Of a stretch of DNA of 64,000 nucleotides, positions 11,876 to 25,479 are shown one piece after another; the first letter of the stretch is position 1, and each line of letters opens with the position of its first letter. This DNA is from Epiperipatus broadwayi (Eukaryota; Animalia; Onychophora). The notes beneath the pieces are model-generated. The model was not told where the DNA came from. It did not search any database and saw only the letters and a list, made by a program, of their open reading frames with translations. Made by a program: the position numbers and the translations under genes. The stretch is from assembly GCA_028023455.1 (NCBI GenBank), contig JAQFVV010000006.1:6262001-6326000 (forward strand). Direction: 5' to 3'.

Positions 11876-13565
11876 TAAAGTCTAAACTATACAGAAATCT
11901 TTTTTAAAAATAAAGATCTATTATAATTTCTCAGCAATAGCCAATAATTACTTATAGTTTACTATTTATATATTATTATTAATGCAAAGAATTTTTATGC
12001 ACGTGACTACAGTGACCTCTATTAGCCAATTTCACAGAATTTACATTTTAAAAGGAGTTTATTTTTTTATAACCTCTAGAGAAATTAAAAAAACATTTTA
12101 TCACATGAATGTATTCTTAAAAGCGAAAACACAAACTAATTTAAATATTTCTTTAATTTGTTGAAAGGGAAAGTTATAATATTAATATATACATATTTAA
12201 ATTTGAAAAATAGTTGGAATTTGTCATTTAAAATAACTAATATAAAAAAGCAAGAAAACAAATCAATTTGTTTATCAAGTTAAAAGCAATAAAATTTAAA
12301 TAATCGTTACTATATATATTTCTCTCATAATAAAAAAATGCGTACAAAAACATGCATTAAAAATATGCTTTTTTTTATGTTTATTAACTTGTGTTGAAAA
12401 TAAAATGTATTTCTATTCTAGGTACAAAAAAGAAAAATAATTAAAAGGTCACGTGACATTCAAATATGTAGGTGACTGAATACAATAGTTCCATTCATTT
12501 GATTAAATATATATATATTCCTCAGATGGAATCTCGTCAGAAATATTTAACTCCTGAATTATCACTACTATTAATTAAACTTGCCTTTCAAGGTTGAGTG
12601 CAGTCATAGCATATCAGTCTCTGGAGCATGGGGGTTTCAGATCAACTTCCGGTTGTGGTACTTCCGGCATTTGAACTTCTTATACCCTCGTGTCATAAAA
12701 CCATTTGATTACTTACTTATTAACTAAACTGTTATTCATTCCCTGTCATTTTAAAAATATATAATTATACAAATACTTTTAACTTTAAATATATAAATAA
12801 AAACATCTGAAAAAGACAAATGACTCCTCAGATGTGTTCCTGCTTGAACCAGCTTTCTTCATTTGGCCCAAGTTATAACTTCTTTTACATATCTTCAATA
12901 TATAATCAGCATTTATCAATATCATATGACTATAATTTGATCTGCAAGTGCCAAATTTCTTGTATTCACATCTTTGACAGTATCCACTTTAGGTAACTGC
13001 ATTAATGATTATTCCTAATCATTTATTAGACTAGATATTATCATATTATTTTTAATTCAGATATAAACTTTGAACTCAATTAAAGACTAATGTACCTTAT
13101 TTTTATTAACTTCAACCACATGGTATTTTTATCTATCGCCATTCAACTGTTTTTCCGTGTAATATATTTTAAAACTCCCTTCCACTTCATCTTTTTTAAA
13201 CATTTAATATCATGATAATGATGACTGGTTTTATGGTGTGTTGTAATGGTGCTGTGTGATTCATTTTAAATCACTTTTTTCATCCTTCTTTACCACTATT
13301 TTGGGACTTATATTCATTTTGCAGTAAAAACATGAATTAAATTTTGATTTATTAGTGTTAAAAAATGTAAAGATGTCAGTAATCTACAGGAAAAAAAAAA
13401 GCTTAGAAGTCACTGACTGCTGGGTTCTTTGATTTTTGACATATAAATAAACTTGCCAACCCCCTCTTTCCATTCATCCCAGCAATAAGCAAAAAAAAAA
13501 ATGTACAATTTTGTAGTTTATTTAAATATTTGTAATTATTTTTACAAAATATTTCCATAATAATT

Positions 13566-13945
13566 ATTTTTAATCAGAAGGGAATTACAATCTATATCCA
13601 TGCATCATAATATTGTTTAATACCTCAATGGCATCTTGTTGAGTATGAGGGATACTCTCAAACCAAAGCACAAAATAGACTTTGAAAAAAGAAAAGCAGC
13701 CATCTTTGTACCTAAATTCATTTATATAGGCCAATCTAAAGCTTTGTAGAAAGAGAGTGTGAAGATCTTCCATTAATTGCTTTATATCCAGTAACTGTCG
13801 TCCATTAACAGTAGCAAAATCTTCCAATTTACTGCCTGTAATAATAAAATATTAGATATTACTGCTTATGTGTATAAGATGTAATTCTCTTCTGATTAAA
13901 AATTACATATGTATACTGCTCTAGTAAATTAAATAGAGAGTTACA
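13566..13945. mobile_element. Family G element, long arm plus short inverted arm, no ribozyme recognised
   Basis: ttttaatcagaagggaattaca (13567) inverted with tgtaattctcttctgattaaaa (~13880); body homologous to 50035-50435. Confidence 0.65.
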
Positions 13946-14126
13946 TAATTATTTAAAAAGTAATATATTCATATTTATGCTTAGGTTTTTTGAAATATGT
14001 TTCATTTTTAAAAATATAAGTCAAGAAATTTGAAGTAATGTAACAGAGGAAAAACAATAATTGTAATTATTATGGTTGTTAAATAGTGTGTTTCTGAATT
14101 TTAGTGATAATTCAATAAATATAAAT

Positions 14127-14672
14127 AATATAAAGGGTATATGAACACAAACATTCACATGACCCACCACTCTCCACATTATCTCATAACACTGATACAC
14201 TTGAACACATATATGTTGAAAAGATAAATAATCACCAATATACGTATTTCATGCTAAACCAGCAATCATCAGTTGATCCAGACCATCTCCACACATCTAT
14301 GCTGTAAGTGCTCAGATATATATTAAGATAGCCAATCCTCATCCATCATCAGATTTTCAATTGGATGGACGGTTGAAGAGTTGGAGTGTGGAGTAGATTG
14401 AAGAGTGTGTATTAAAGTATGAGGTTTGGCTATCTTAATATATATCTGAGCACTTATAGCATATATATGTGGAGATAGTAATCTGGAACAACTGATGATT
14501 GCTAATTTAGCATGAAATACATATATGGGTGATTATTTATCTTTTCGACATATATGTATTTAAGTATGAGATAGTGTGGAGAGTGGTGGGTCATGTGAAA
14601 GTGTGTGCTCATATACTCTATATATTACATATATAGACACAGGTATATAATAAGCATGTGTGTTTCAGTTAT
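14127..14672. mobile_element. Family A twin-arm insertion, ~11-bp TSD, hammerheads at 14229-14285 (-) and 14479-14535 (+, stem I decayed)
   Basis: TSD taaatataaat at 14116-14126 and 14673-14683; minus-strand HHR has the perfect ATACGTAT stem III palindrome. Confidence 0.85.
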
Positions 14673-15091
14673 TAAATATAAATGCAATTTTAAAACAGAA
14701 TTTCATATATTTATAGTACCTTTATAATTAATTATTCATGTATTCAATCAACAAAGATTTTGTTAATTTATCTTTTACAACTAGATTATGACAAAGAACT
14801 AATAAGCATAAAGTCATTGTTATCATTATTTTTCACATATTTTTTTTTAATTTTATATTACATTTAAAGATCAGCCTTTCAAGCTAATTGTGCATGTGTC
14901 TTGAAAGGCTGATCTTTGAATGTAATACAATTGTACACATAGCATCATATAAAAATAAATGCTTATTTAATTTTATATTGGAAAGTTCAAATATAATTTT
15001 TTAGAATGTTTTATTTGTTTTAAACTTACATTTTCAACAAATCAAGTTCAATTCATTTATAATGTCAAAAAAAAAAAAAACATTTTTTTCC

Positions 15092-15188
15092 CTCATATGT
15101 CATAGCATCAGTTGGGAAGCGAATCCGCTAACCCGGGACAACTGCTTGTAAAGCAGCTGTCACTGACCTTTGACCACCAATGCTTGAC
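15092..15188 (-). mobile_element. ~100 bp tRNA-like SINE
   Basis: Minus strand GTCAAGCATTGGTGGTCAAAGG (A-box-like)...GGATTCGCTTCCC (B-box-like)...ATGACATATGAG plus A-tail. Confidence 0.75.
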
Positions 15189-16838
15189 TAAAAAAAATAT
15201 TTTAACACTAAACTTAAAATGTTGAACTATAAGCAAAAATCCCCACTAGGGGAAGGGGGAAATGTTCAGATCTAAAATGTACATTTGGGCTAAAAATGAC
15301 ATGATAATATCTAACTTAATAAAAGATTGGTAATACTCTTTAAGATATTTATTTAAATTGGATGGTGTCAAATATATGAGTGCCAGAAATTTGGCAGATG
15401 TTTAAATCAAATTGTCAATATGCATCAAGCAGGTGAAATAGACTGGAGGTTTTAAAATATATCTATAATATTACACATGGGAAAAAATGAGGGCACTTGG
15501 ATAAACATACCATGTAGTTATATTTGATAAAAATAAAATATCTTAATCTTTAATTAACCTTAAAGTTTATATCTGGGCTAAAAATAATCTGATATTCATT
15601 AACATATTTATTTCAAATTGACACTGTCAAAGGGGGGAGTGCAAAATATATGGCATTTACAAATTAAATTATAGTTATTTTATATATAATAGTTCTATTT
15701 AAAAGGTAAACATCATTTCTTACTATTAAACAGCATATTTTAAATGTGGCGTACTCTCACCAACTACAAAATAAAGACTTTGAGAAAAGGACAATCTTGC
15801 TAATATTAGAAAATGTTAAAGCATGTAATTATAGATTAGATACTAGATGCTATACAACAAATAATCACTTGTAAATATATATGTCTGTGTGTGTGTCACT
15901 TTAAATAATTTCTAATAAAATACAACTTTAACCATTTACCTACTATTTTGGGAATAGATAAGTTTAGAAAGCAATAAGCCAATAAATTAGCTGATTTTAG
16001 TATTCAAAAGAAAACAAACATTTTGAACATTATTTAAAATTACTGCTAATAAAAAAAAATTATTGGACCAAAAAATATAACAGTGAAATACCATTGGAAA
16101 TAATTATACCAACGAAACAAATAAGACTTCACATAATCCCAACTTACATAATGCTGTTCAGTAAAAAAGTCTCCTTCACTACCATCTACCTTCTACTGAT
16201 TACTCAAGCTGCCACTAGGTGGCATAAGAGGGAAGAGAAAAAGAATTTACCATTGAATTATGTTAATGAAATATTACTGCAAATAATTATAATCAAATAT
16301 GTATGTTGTTAAACTGGAAATAAGGTGTAAATTAACAACTTAAACAAAGTTTACACAAAACAACCAATCAAATCTTCAGTGATAAATACCATCTTTGATG
16401 TTTGCTAAAACAACTGGCCAATCAGTTCTTCTAGCACAATTTCACAACTTACAATGTTACTTATTAGCTGGCAGTTCCAAATGAATTCTGAAACATTTAA
16501 ATATTGAGTAATCTATGTACATTTCATGCTTTAAAACTTGTTTAGTTTTGATTTTGATATTTTTTTCATGAAAAGTTTGTAATGAATAAAAAACTACGAT
16601 AATGTAATGTTCATTAATGTTGTAACAGCTTAAAACGTGTATAAAAACTTAGACGAGATGTGATAATTCTTAAACCACATTACATAATTTTTAATTGAAT
16701 TTAGAACATGCGTAATAATGCTTACCACACTCAATATCTGTACAATCAGCCATTAAAAAGTAAAACAGCCTTTACATTGCCTGTTTCGAAGCAAAGACTT
16801 CTTCAATAGTCTATTATAGAACTGTGAAAAAAAAGCCA

Positions 16839-16946
16839 GTCTTGCATTGGTGGTCAAAAGGTCAGCGCGACTGCCTAGCACTTGCAGGCAGTTGCCCGGG
16901 TTGCGGGTTTGCATCCCGGCCGATGCTATGACATTTAAAAAAAAAA
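16839..16946 (+). mobile_element. ~100 bp tRNA-like SINE
   Basis: Same family; A-tail; aaaaaaaagcca duplicated on both sides. Confidence 0.75.
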
Positions 16947-17335
16947 GCCATTACAAAGATTGCCAATTGTCAGATGATAAGAACATGGAGACCAATAGCT
17001 AAGAATTTCTGGATATTAATTTCCTGATCAAAAGATATGGTAAACTAGGTTGGGTATGAGTCAGGTACATTAAAAAAATTAGTCGTTATCATTGGAATCT
17101 AAAATAAAAAAGCTTTCAAATTATACAGTCTGGATGAGAATTCCAGCATATGACTGACTTTTATATTATATATTTACAAGTTTAATTGGTTGATTTAACT
17201 TTTTTTTTTTTTAAGATTTAATGTAAATTAAACAAAAGATGTTAGCGGTATGGGAAAAAAAATGTTGGGAACCACTCAGCCTGCTGGCAAGTTGCATTTC
17301 TAAAGTGTACAAAATAAATTAAAGTATTAATAAAG

Positions 17336-17792
17336 TATATAATTGTTAATTAGAGAAGATATTAATTAGTATTAAAGTTTATCGGCTTAACGTTTTCGAG
17401 GATCCATGCCTCATATTCATAGCCTTCATAAAATGTATAATAAAATATGCAAATACAAATATTCAAATAAGCTAGCATTACGTAGCCCATTTCTTCGAGA
17501 TCTCGAAGCAAGTATCCTTTCTATTAATGGCATGGATGTTTCCATTGATGTAAAATGCCTTCTTCCATGCCATTAATAGAAAGGATACTTGCTTCGAGAT
17601 CTCGAAGAAATGGGCTACGTAATACTAGCTTATTTGAATATTTGTATTTGCATATTTTATTATACATTTTATGAAGGCTATGAATATGAGGCATGGATCC
17701 TCGAAAACGTTAAGCCGATAAACTTTAATACTAATTAATATCTTCTCTAATTAACAATTATATATTTTACATATAGTGAGAAGTAAAGCTAT
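17336..17792. mobile_element. Family D very young twin-arm insertion: 201-bp arms (1 mismatch), 27-nt spacer, 14-bp TSD
   Basis: Arms 17336-17536 and 17564-17764; right arm extends 28 nt further; TSD aagtattaataaag at 17322-17335 and 17793-17806. Confidence 0.92.
17668..17722 (+). ncRNA. Type-I hammerhead, A3-U8 core variant (mirror copy at 17378-17432, -)
   Basis: TTTAT-GAA-GGCT-ATGAATA-T-GAGG-CATGGAT-CCTC-GAAA-ACGT-TA^-AGCC-G-ATAAA; perfect stems I and II, palindromic stem III AACGTT. Confidence 0.8.
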
Positions 17793-18526
17793 AAGTATTA
17801 ATAAAGCTAAATTTAAAATTTTAAATATACATGTTATATTTGATAAATAAGTTATATATAGGTAGGTATAGTTTTTTCTATAAATAAAATCCATATTTTG
17901 TTGTGAATTTGACAGGTTATGGACAATAGACGAAGTATAGATTTTATAAAAGATTATTTGTTGGAGAGCTCGCTGAATAAAAAAAAATCTGAGGGTGTTA
18001 CAGTAAAGCGATACTGACAAACATATTCAGACAACAGACAAAATAGAAATTTTATATATAAGGATTATTTCATATGAGCACATTACGTATGCAGCAAAAA
18101 TATTTACATTTAAACCCATCAAATAGATACAGTCAATACAATGTCGGCACACATTCAATAATTTTGTTTGAATTAAATAAAATTGATTGAATAATTTGTT
18201 CCGTACCCTACAATTTTAATGACTGGTTTATTTGTTATTTATATAAAAATATTTATTTATTTAAAATGTAATTACCAGTTTTTCAAAAAAAAAATTGTGT
18301 TTGTTTTAAAAAAGATTAAATAGGAAATTTTGTTAATGCTAAAATAATTTGTCAAAATTAGTTTACTTAAAATCGGGGGGGGGGGGGGACAAATTAATTT
18401 GCATTAAAAATCACGAAAGTTTAATTAATTGCAAAAAGAGAGAAAGAGAAAGCCAAAGAATAAAAAGTTAAAAACAAAAAAAAGAGAAAATATAGATTGA
18501 ATTGTTATATGTATAATACCACTAAA

Positions 18527-19160
18527 CATCACATGATCACCATTTCTTATGCTTACACCAGCTGTTTACACAGAGGCAAAACTCTCCATACAGTAGCACC
18601 ATTCAGTGCAACCCAGAGTGATCAATGGATGCAGGAAGGTTTGTGCATAAAATCCCTATCTAGTACCTAATTCATCCAATATCTCCAAACCAATTTCTAG
18701 CTTGTGATGCTACTATATGGAGAATTTTGCCTGTGTGCAAACAGCTTGCTTAAACATAAAGAATAGTGATCATGTGATATTTAGTGATTTAATTAATACC
18801 AATCCTACCCAATAGGATTATGGTGACTGTGGTTATTAAAAAAACAAGAACATTAAAAAGTATGGATGCTGAACTGAAAAGCTAATGACCTTGAATTTAA
18901 AATATTGTATTCATTTTAGACTCAAAGCTTTATAGTTTGCTAATAAGATAAAAGGTAGCTGCTAAAGAGTTGCATTAGATCCTAAGATCTAGGTACAGTG
19001 CTCTCAGATCTGAGGCTTCTTACTGATGAAAGCCACCTGCTAAAAACTAGTCTGGAAATGCACTAGATAGAGATTTTATGCACAAATCTTCTAGCATCCA
19101 TTGATTACTCTGGCTTGCAGTGAATGATGCTACTGTATGGAATGTTTTGCTTCTGTGTAT
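18527..19160. mobile_element. Family B twin-arm element; the sense arm runs through the monomer junction into a second unit
   Basis: Antisense 18527-18705, sense 18706-19160; ...gatcatgtgat is followed directly by the unit start (taccaatcc...taggat); decayed HHR at ~19015-19060. Confidence 0.8.
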
Positions 19161-19741
19161 ATGTATAATAAAAAGATAGAAATAGATTTGGAGGATAGAA
19201 ATGTGGTTGAACTAAACCCAATTGGTTTATCAGTTAATGGCAAGAGATAACCAAAGGCAGGGGATGATCAAGGTAATATGACCCTGTATTATCAGCAGTG
19301 ATTGGAAAATGTTTGTAAACAAATAAAATTAGAATAAAAAGAAAGAATGGTGGTAATTAATTCAATCATAAATATTAATAGCAATCATTAGAGAATTAAA
19401 TTGAAAAGACAATAATTCTTATTCATCCATCATTCCATCAAGTCTTCTAAAAATATAATCCCAAAATCAAATATTCTCCACTTTCACCACTAAAAAAAGG
19501 AAAATAATGAAATGGATTAATTGCCGGGAAGTTCCTAAGAAATTCGAGTGCCAATCGATTTGAAGCCTTTATGCTAAAATATTTGGCAAACTACCATTGC
19601 ACTAAACCATATAGGCAATGTTTGGCAATATAACTAGACCAATGATAAGAACATTCATTCAATCAATGGTGTATAACATATATATAAAGAAAATGAAGTC
19701 ATACATCACATGACTTAATAAGTTTGTATTACAAATGTAAT

Positions 19742-20547
19742 ATAATGAGCATTCTAATAGCTCTAAATAAGCTTTTCTGATAAATGCCAGAAGAGAGAGC
19801 AGTTAAAATCTCTATCTATAATTATCCCTATCCCCAAACCGGTTTTGAGCTGATGGCTCTCTTCAGTGAAATGCTAGGATAGTCAGACACTAGATCTAAA
19901 ATACCAACTCGAGCACAGCACTTATCTAATACTTAACTATTCAGTAGAAAATCTGAAAATTTCAGATATCTATGTCTTCAAATCCAGATATCTAACACAA
20001 ATAAATATATGGGTCTGAATAATTTTTAGCTACACCATATATTAATAGACATAGCATCACCAAAGTCTCAGAAACAAAACTACAATAAGAAATTCAAGTC
20101 ATTTATTGGGAATGCTTGCTTAGAGCCATTAGCATGCTCATTACATTACATTTGTAGTACTATCTTATTAATTCACATGATCTATGACTTGATTTTCTTA
20201 CTATTATAATTTTGCTTTTAAGGCTTTGGCAATATTATATTGCTAAGGCTATTATTATATGGTGTAGCTGAAAATTATTCAGGCCCATATTGCTATTTAT
20301 GTTAGATAGATGGATTTGAAGATATATAGATGTCTGAAAATTTCAGATTTTTTACTTAAAAAGTATTAGATAAATACTGTGCTTGAGTTTGTATTTTAGA
20401 TTTAGTGTCTGAATGTCCTGACAATAGCCATCATCATGAAACTGGTTTGAGGATAGGCATAATTCTAGATAAGAGATTTTAAATGCTTTGTCTTCTGGCA
20501 TTTATCAGCAAAGCTTGTTTAGAGCTATTAGCCTGCTCATTATATTA
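19742..20547. mobile_element. Family C twin-arm element, hammerhead at 19832-19871 (-)
   Basis: Minus strand TTTCA-CTGAAGA-GAGC-CATCA-GCTC-AAAA-CCGG-TT-TGGGG (G12>A); right arm is the inverted copy with a partly deleted HHR. Confidence 0.8.
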
Positions 20548-20656
20548 TATATATATATATATGTGAGTGTTAAAAATTCTGGGGAGTCATCATGCACTAA
20601 ATATTCTTTATTAGGCTGTCATGACCTAGAAAAAAAATTGATAAACCACTCTCTAA

Positions 20657-20850
20657 TATCACATGATTACCATTTCTTTTCCTTGCACAAGCTATTAAAA
20701 TAGCAACAAGTCTCTCTACACAATGGAACCATCTAATGCAAGCTATAATAATCAATAGATGTCAAAAGGCAATAGAGAGGAATTTAAATGCACAAACCTT
20801 CTGGTATCTATTGATTACTATAAGTTGCACTAGGTGGCACTATTGTATAA
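20657..20850. mobile_element. Decayed family B fragment
   Basis: tcacatgattaccattt start; aatgcacaaaccttctggtatctattgattac core. Confidence 0.6.
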
Positions 20851-23604
20851 AGAGGGTTACCATTCTACAATATATATACATTTTAGAAAACATCCATCAT
20901 CACTTGTCTAGGAGTGACACTAATCATCTGTACAAATATAACAATTCCTCAAATCAATCAATTTGATATCAAAGCACAAATATTTGACACTCAGTTATTT
21001 TTTCATAAGTCAGCCCATTCCAATCAAGCAGAATCAGAAATTCATTTTATTAGATAACCTTGCATAAAAATATGTAGTTAATAGATTAATATAACTTGAA
21101 ATATATTTAAACAATTATAGAAAAAGTTCAGCTTCGATTATTGCATGTGAAACATCAACTAGCCAGTTCCCAAAAATACATTTAAAAATTTACCAAACAC
21201 TCCATGGTTTGTATATGGGACCATTTAGCTTTAGTTGCTTTGGAGTTCCCCCAATCATTCTATGCAAATATAACAACCATCTATCTTACATGACCATTGA
21301 TAAATTGCAGACTTGATGTTAACCTCCATATCATTTCACAAAGGTCTTTGGAAAAAACTTTTATTGATATGTTCCCTTGTTGCTGTACAGTGATCTATTG
21401 AGATATTTTTCTCCCTTTTAAAAAAAACAATAGCTAAGCAGCATACATTTGTATATTGATTTTTTTTTTACTTAAAAAAGTCTGAAGAGGTCAGTATAAT
21501 TAAATAATGGCAAGATTAAAGTATTTTAATCCTACATCTATATCTTCGATAGATTTATCTCTTTGTAATTGGTTTTTGCACTATTTCTAAGACTACATCA
21601 AGAAAATTTTTGGTTTAGCAAAGATTGATTATTTTTGTGAAATTTATTACAATTAAGACTACTTTTACACAGTAATTGTATAATAATCATTTAAAACTGA
21701 AAGAATACATGTATCCACTTTGATTTGATTTATATATGTTTTATTTTTAAAAATAAAAGTTATTAAATTGGACCATAATATTATCAAAGAAAAATAAGGT
21801 CCATGCCTTTTTTTCTCTGATTGCAAGCATCAGTCACTAGCAATAGGATTTTTGGAGATGTTCTAAAATTATAAAGCAATTTTAATATTTTAAAGCAGAA
21901 GTGATCAGTTTATCATTCACATTTTAAATAGAAAAGATTTCATTGATTTTCTGTTCTGAAGTCTATTTTTCTGCTGACCATTGAACGATGTTTTATTAAT
22001 TTTTTTCTTATTATAAACTCATTTTTTCAATATTTGTATGGTTCGAGTATTATTTTTAGAATTTTTTCATTTGTAAATGTATATTTCTAACAAATCCAAT
22101 TTACTAAATTCTGATATAGAATAATGGCAAAGATTACAAAAAGTATCACAGCAGAAAAATGGACCTATTACAATAGTAGAGAGTTAATAAATATTTAGTG
22201 CTAAAAATAATTATAGTGCCATATATTAACACTTTAATATCAAGTTAATCGATTTATGAGTATTAATATAAGCAATTGCTACATATGTGTGAATGCTAGG
22301 CATCACTCCAAGGCAATTGAAGATATATATCTCCTAAAATATATTCATGATATAAAATGATTAGTCAATATTTTCTCAAGGTAAGCAACCAAAAAACAAA
22401 TGTTTCACACATATTAATTGGAAAAATCTCTCCCTATTTGTTTATATACATTTTAAGACACACTACTCTATCAATTTAAGTCTATTATAGCATTATAAAA
22501 AACGAAATACAAAATGTTCAAATTAAAACATTTTAATAAACAATAAAATTCAATGTCAACTTCTGAGAGTTGAATATCACATGATCTCCTGACTTTAATT
22601 ATTTATTTAATCTATCAATTATAAGAAATATATCTTTTAAAATTATTTTATCAGTTTTGCATTCATTCCATGGTAAAAACTTTTTGCAGAACACTGCCAT
22701 CTTTACATTTATTTTGGAACTAATAAATCAATATAATTTAACATTATTACAAACAAGCTGAAATATTACCTATAGTGTCAATGATTGGTAGTTATTTTTT
22801 TCTTTTTTCTCAAAAGTGCTTGCAATTGAATTTGAACAAATTATTTCTTAGTTTTGATTTTGAAAAGATAACTATATTTTCTGTAGTTTGTTTAATTATT
22901 TGTGATTTTTTTTCACAAAATATTTATGTAATAATTATTATTTTAGAAGAATAATGTCATTAGATTCAGATTTTATTTGAAAATATTTACTTTTAGAGGA
23001 AGATAATTGCTAGAACTTGTAATTGGTAGAAAAAGCACACTTTTATGTTGACTACAGCAGATTAGTCTGTTATTTTTTCAAAATTATAAATAGAATTTCA
23101 CCCTGTGTGGCTTGGCAAAGCAGTTGTGTCCAACTTGGGATTGGGAGGTCTGAGGATTGATTCTGGCATTCACAGGTCTGGCATTTGAACTTCTTATGAA
23201 CTCCCAAGAAATAAAATAATTAGCCTTTTTTGTAGGAACAATAATTTATTTGTGTTTTAGAAATTGAGTTTAAATAAATACATTTTTAAATACTGCAGAT
23301 CCTATAGTTGAACAATCAAAACTTGAGATTTAATTCAATCTGCTTATAGAGATTTTTAAATAAACAGCTGAAAAATTGATGACACTGGTAAGGGGTCAGA
23401 TAATGATTGTAGGAGTATAACTTCCTCATCAAAAAGATATTAGTTTTTGACTTAAAGCCAGCATTTTATTTCTAATCCAGTCAAGTAATATCATTTGTAC
23501 ATTTTATATAAAAATGCCAAACAAAATATCTGAAGAAAATCCAGATCTAAAGTTTTCAAAGCTAGAAGAGATTATAAATTAAGTACAATTCACTGCAGTA
23601 AATC

Positions 23605-24010
23605 ATCATCAACCATTATCAATCCACTGCAGAATGAAAGTCTCTCCAAGTTCAATCCATCTTCTCTGATGTTTAGCTTATCTTCTCCACATCACCCCCG
23701 CACACTTTCTTAATTCATCCATCTATCTCACATGGGGTCTTTTTCTGGGTCTTCCACAATCTCTTGAAATCCAGTTTTAGATTTCAATTGACCATCTATT
23801 ATCATCTCTTCTAGCAATATGTCCAGCCCAACTCCACTTCAGTCTTTTTTTTTTTTTCAATGTGGTGTTTGTTCTCTTACCCATATATTGCATTTTCAAT
23901 CTCTTCTTGTTACTCTTAACATGCATTTCTCCATACTTCTTTGTCTTCAGAAGCTTGGAAAATCATGTGACATTAAGCCTCCAATGTAATAGGTTGAGCA
24001 CAAGTTTCCT
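23605..24010 (-). pseudogene. RTE-clade LINE 3' fragment
   Basis: Minus strand translates to KWSWAGHIARRDDNRWS...GRPRKRPHVRW; (GAT)n-like tail at ~23605-23615. Confidence 0.8.
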
Positions 24011-25479
24011 TTAACTGATGTTTTTTACATTATTCAGATAATAATTTACCCTAAAATCTTTAACTCTTAATTCAATTCCTCAACAGGACAAGATATTGTA
24101 ACAAAATAGTGATGTAGAAAAGATTTGGAGTAATGCATATAAAACTAGCATCTTTTGGCAAGAAGTCTAAAAATGGGAAAAAAACTATTTAGCAAAACTG
24201 TGGATCTTAAATAGTAATAGATCAATTGAAAATAACAGAGAAAATATGGTAAATTAAGTTACCCCTTTCAAATAAAGCCCAAATTTAAATTGTACTATTA
24301 TGCCATACAAATATGTATCATATTAAAATAAACAATCCCAAAAATAGTTATCTGCCAATAGTTAATGACTATTGCTTGGTCAGAGTACCTTATTATCTAT
24401 TTTTTTCAGCCTGCCTTTAAGCATAGTGATTAATATATATATATATATATATGTACATTACAAGATAACATACCAAACATCTTCCATAAATCTTCAATCT
24501 GTTGTCTACGCAATTTCTATAAGAAAAAGATGGATTCCATCTTTCACTTTGATCTAAGATTTTAATATAGTCAAGAAAGTTGCCAGGACAGTAACAGGTG
24601 AAGATTTTTATATTCTTACAGGTTAAAATAAACCCCATTGATTAGAAAAATATAACCTGTTTTTGAAAGTAGATTAATAACTAGCTATTTTTAAAACTTT
24701 CAAACTCCAATGATTATTATTTAGATAATAAACCTGATTTCACAAAAAGCAGGATGGTTCACAAATGTAAATCAAATAATAACAGTCCTAACTTAACTTA
24801 AATCTTCAATTTGTTGCCAAGGTAAGCTCATTAAGTAAAAAATGGATTCCACCTTTCACTTTTCATGTTAAAAAATATGCTAATAGGTTTTTAATAGAAT
24901 GAACTGTATTTTGAAACTTGTATTATTTTATTTGTACTATAAGATTTTAATTGTAGTCTATATAATTAATATTTTGTTCTTAGTCTAATAAATTCCATGG
25001 AAGCTTTATTATTATTACCTATATTATACTAATGTATTATATTTGCATTGCTGCTATGGTTATAATATGATATTTGGATATTATGTGAGTTTATTTACAT
25101 TTTCCTATTGGTGTTAGTGTATTATCCCCTGTATCATATTTCTTCCCTCTCATAAAATGTTTAAATTACATCGAAACAATCTTGATGGCTTAATTTGAAT
25201 GTAACTCTATCATGAGTTGTATGCATCTATAATAATGTAAATATTCATCTGCCTTATGTTGGTACAATTTATTTTGTATTACCTTTCATTTCAGCTGTAT
25301 TGACACAATGAACTATGTCTTTTGGCATCACTTTAAAACTTTTCGCTATTAATTATAATTCTGGTTTTGCATAATGTTGTGTTCATAATCACAAACTCAA
25401 TTTATAAAATCAATAACAATTGTAAAATATTTTAATGAGTTGAAAACATGGAGTGAATAAATGGTCATTTTTATGTGTT

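Noticed and set aside
12515-12545. CTGACGA-GATTCC..GGAAT on the minus strand
   Set aside because: A stem II-like hairpin exists but there is no GAAA or cleavage triplet
13585-13827. 80-aa ORF in family G
   Set aside because: Frame is broken in the 50 kb homologue; only a vague LINE-like resemblance
15092-15188. Possible genuine tRNA genes
   Set aside because: Copies are diverged, A-tailed and TSD-flanked, with no consistent cloverleaf or anticodon; they are SINEs
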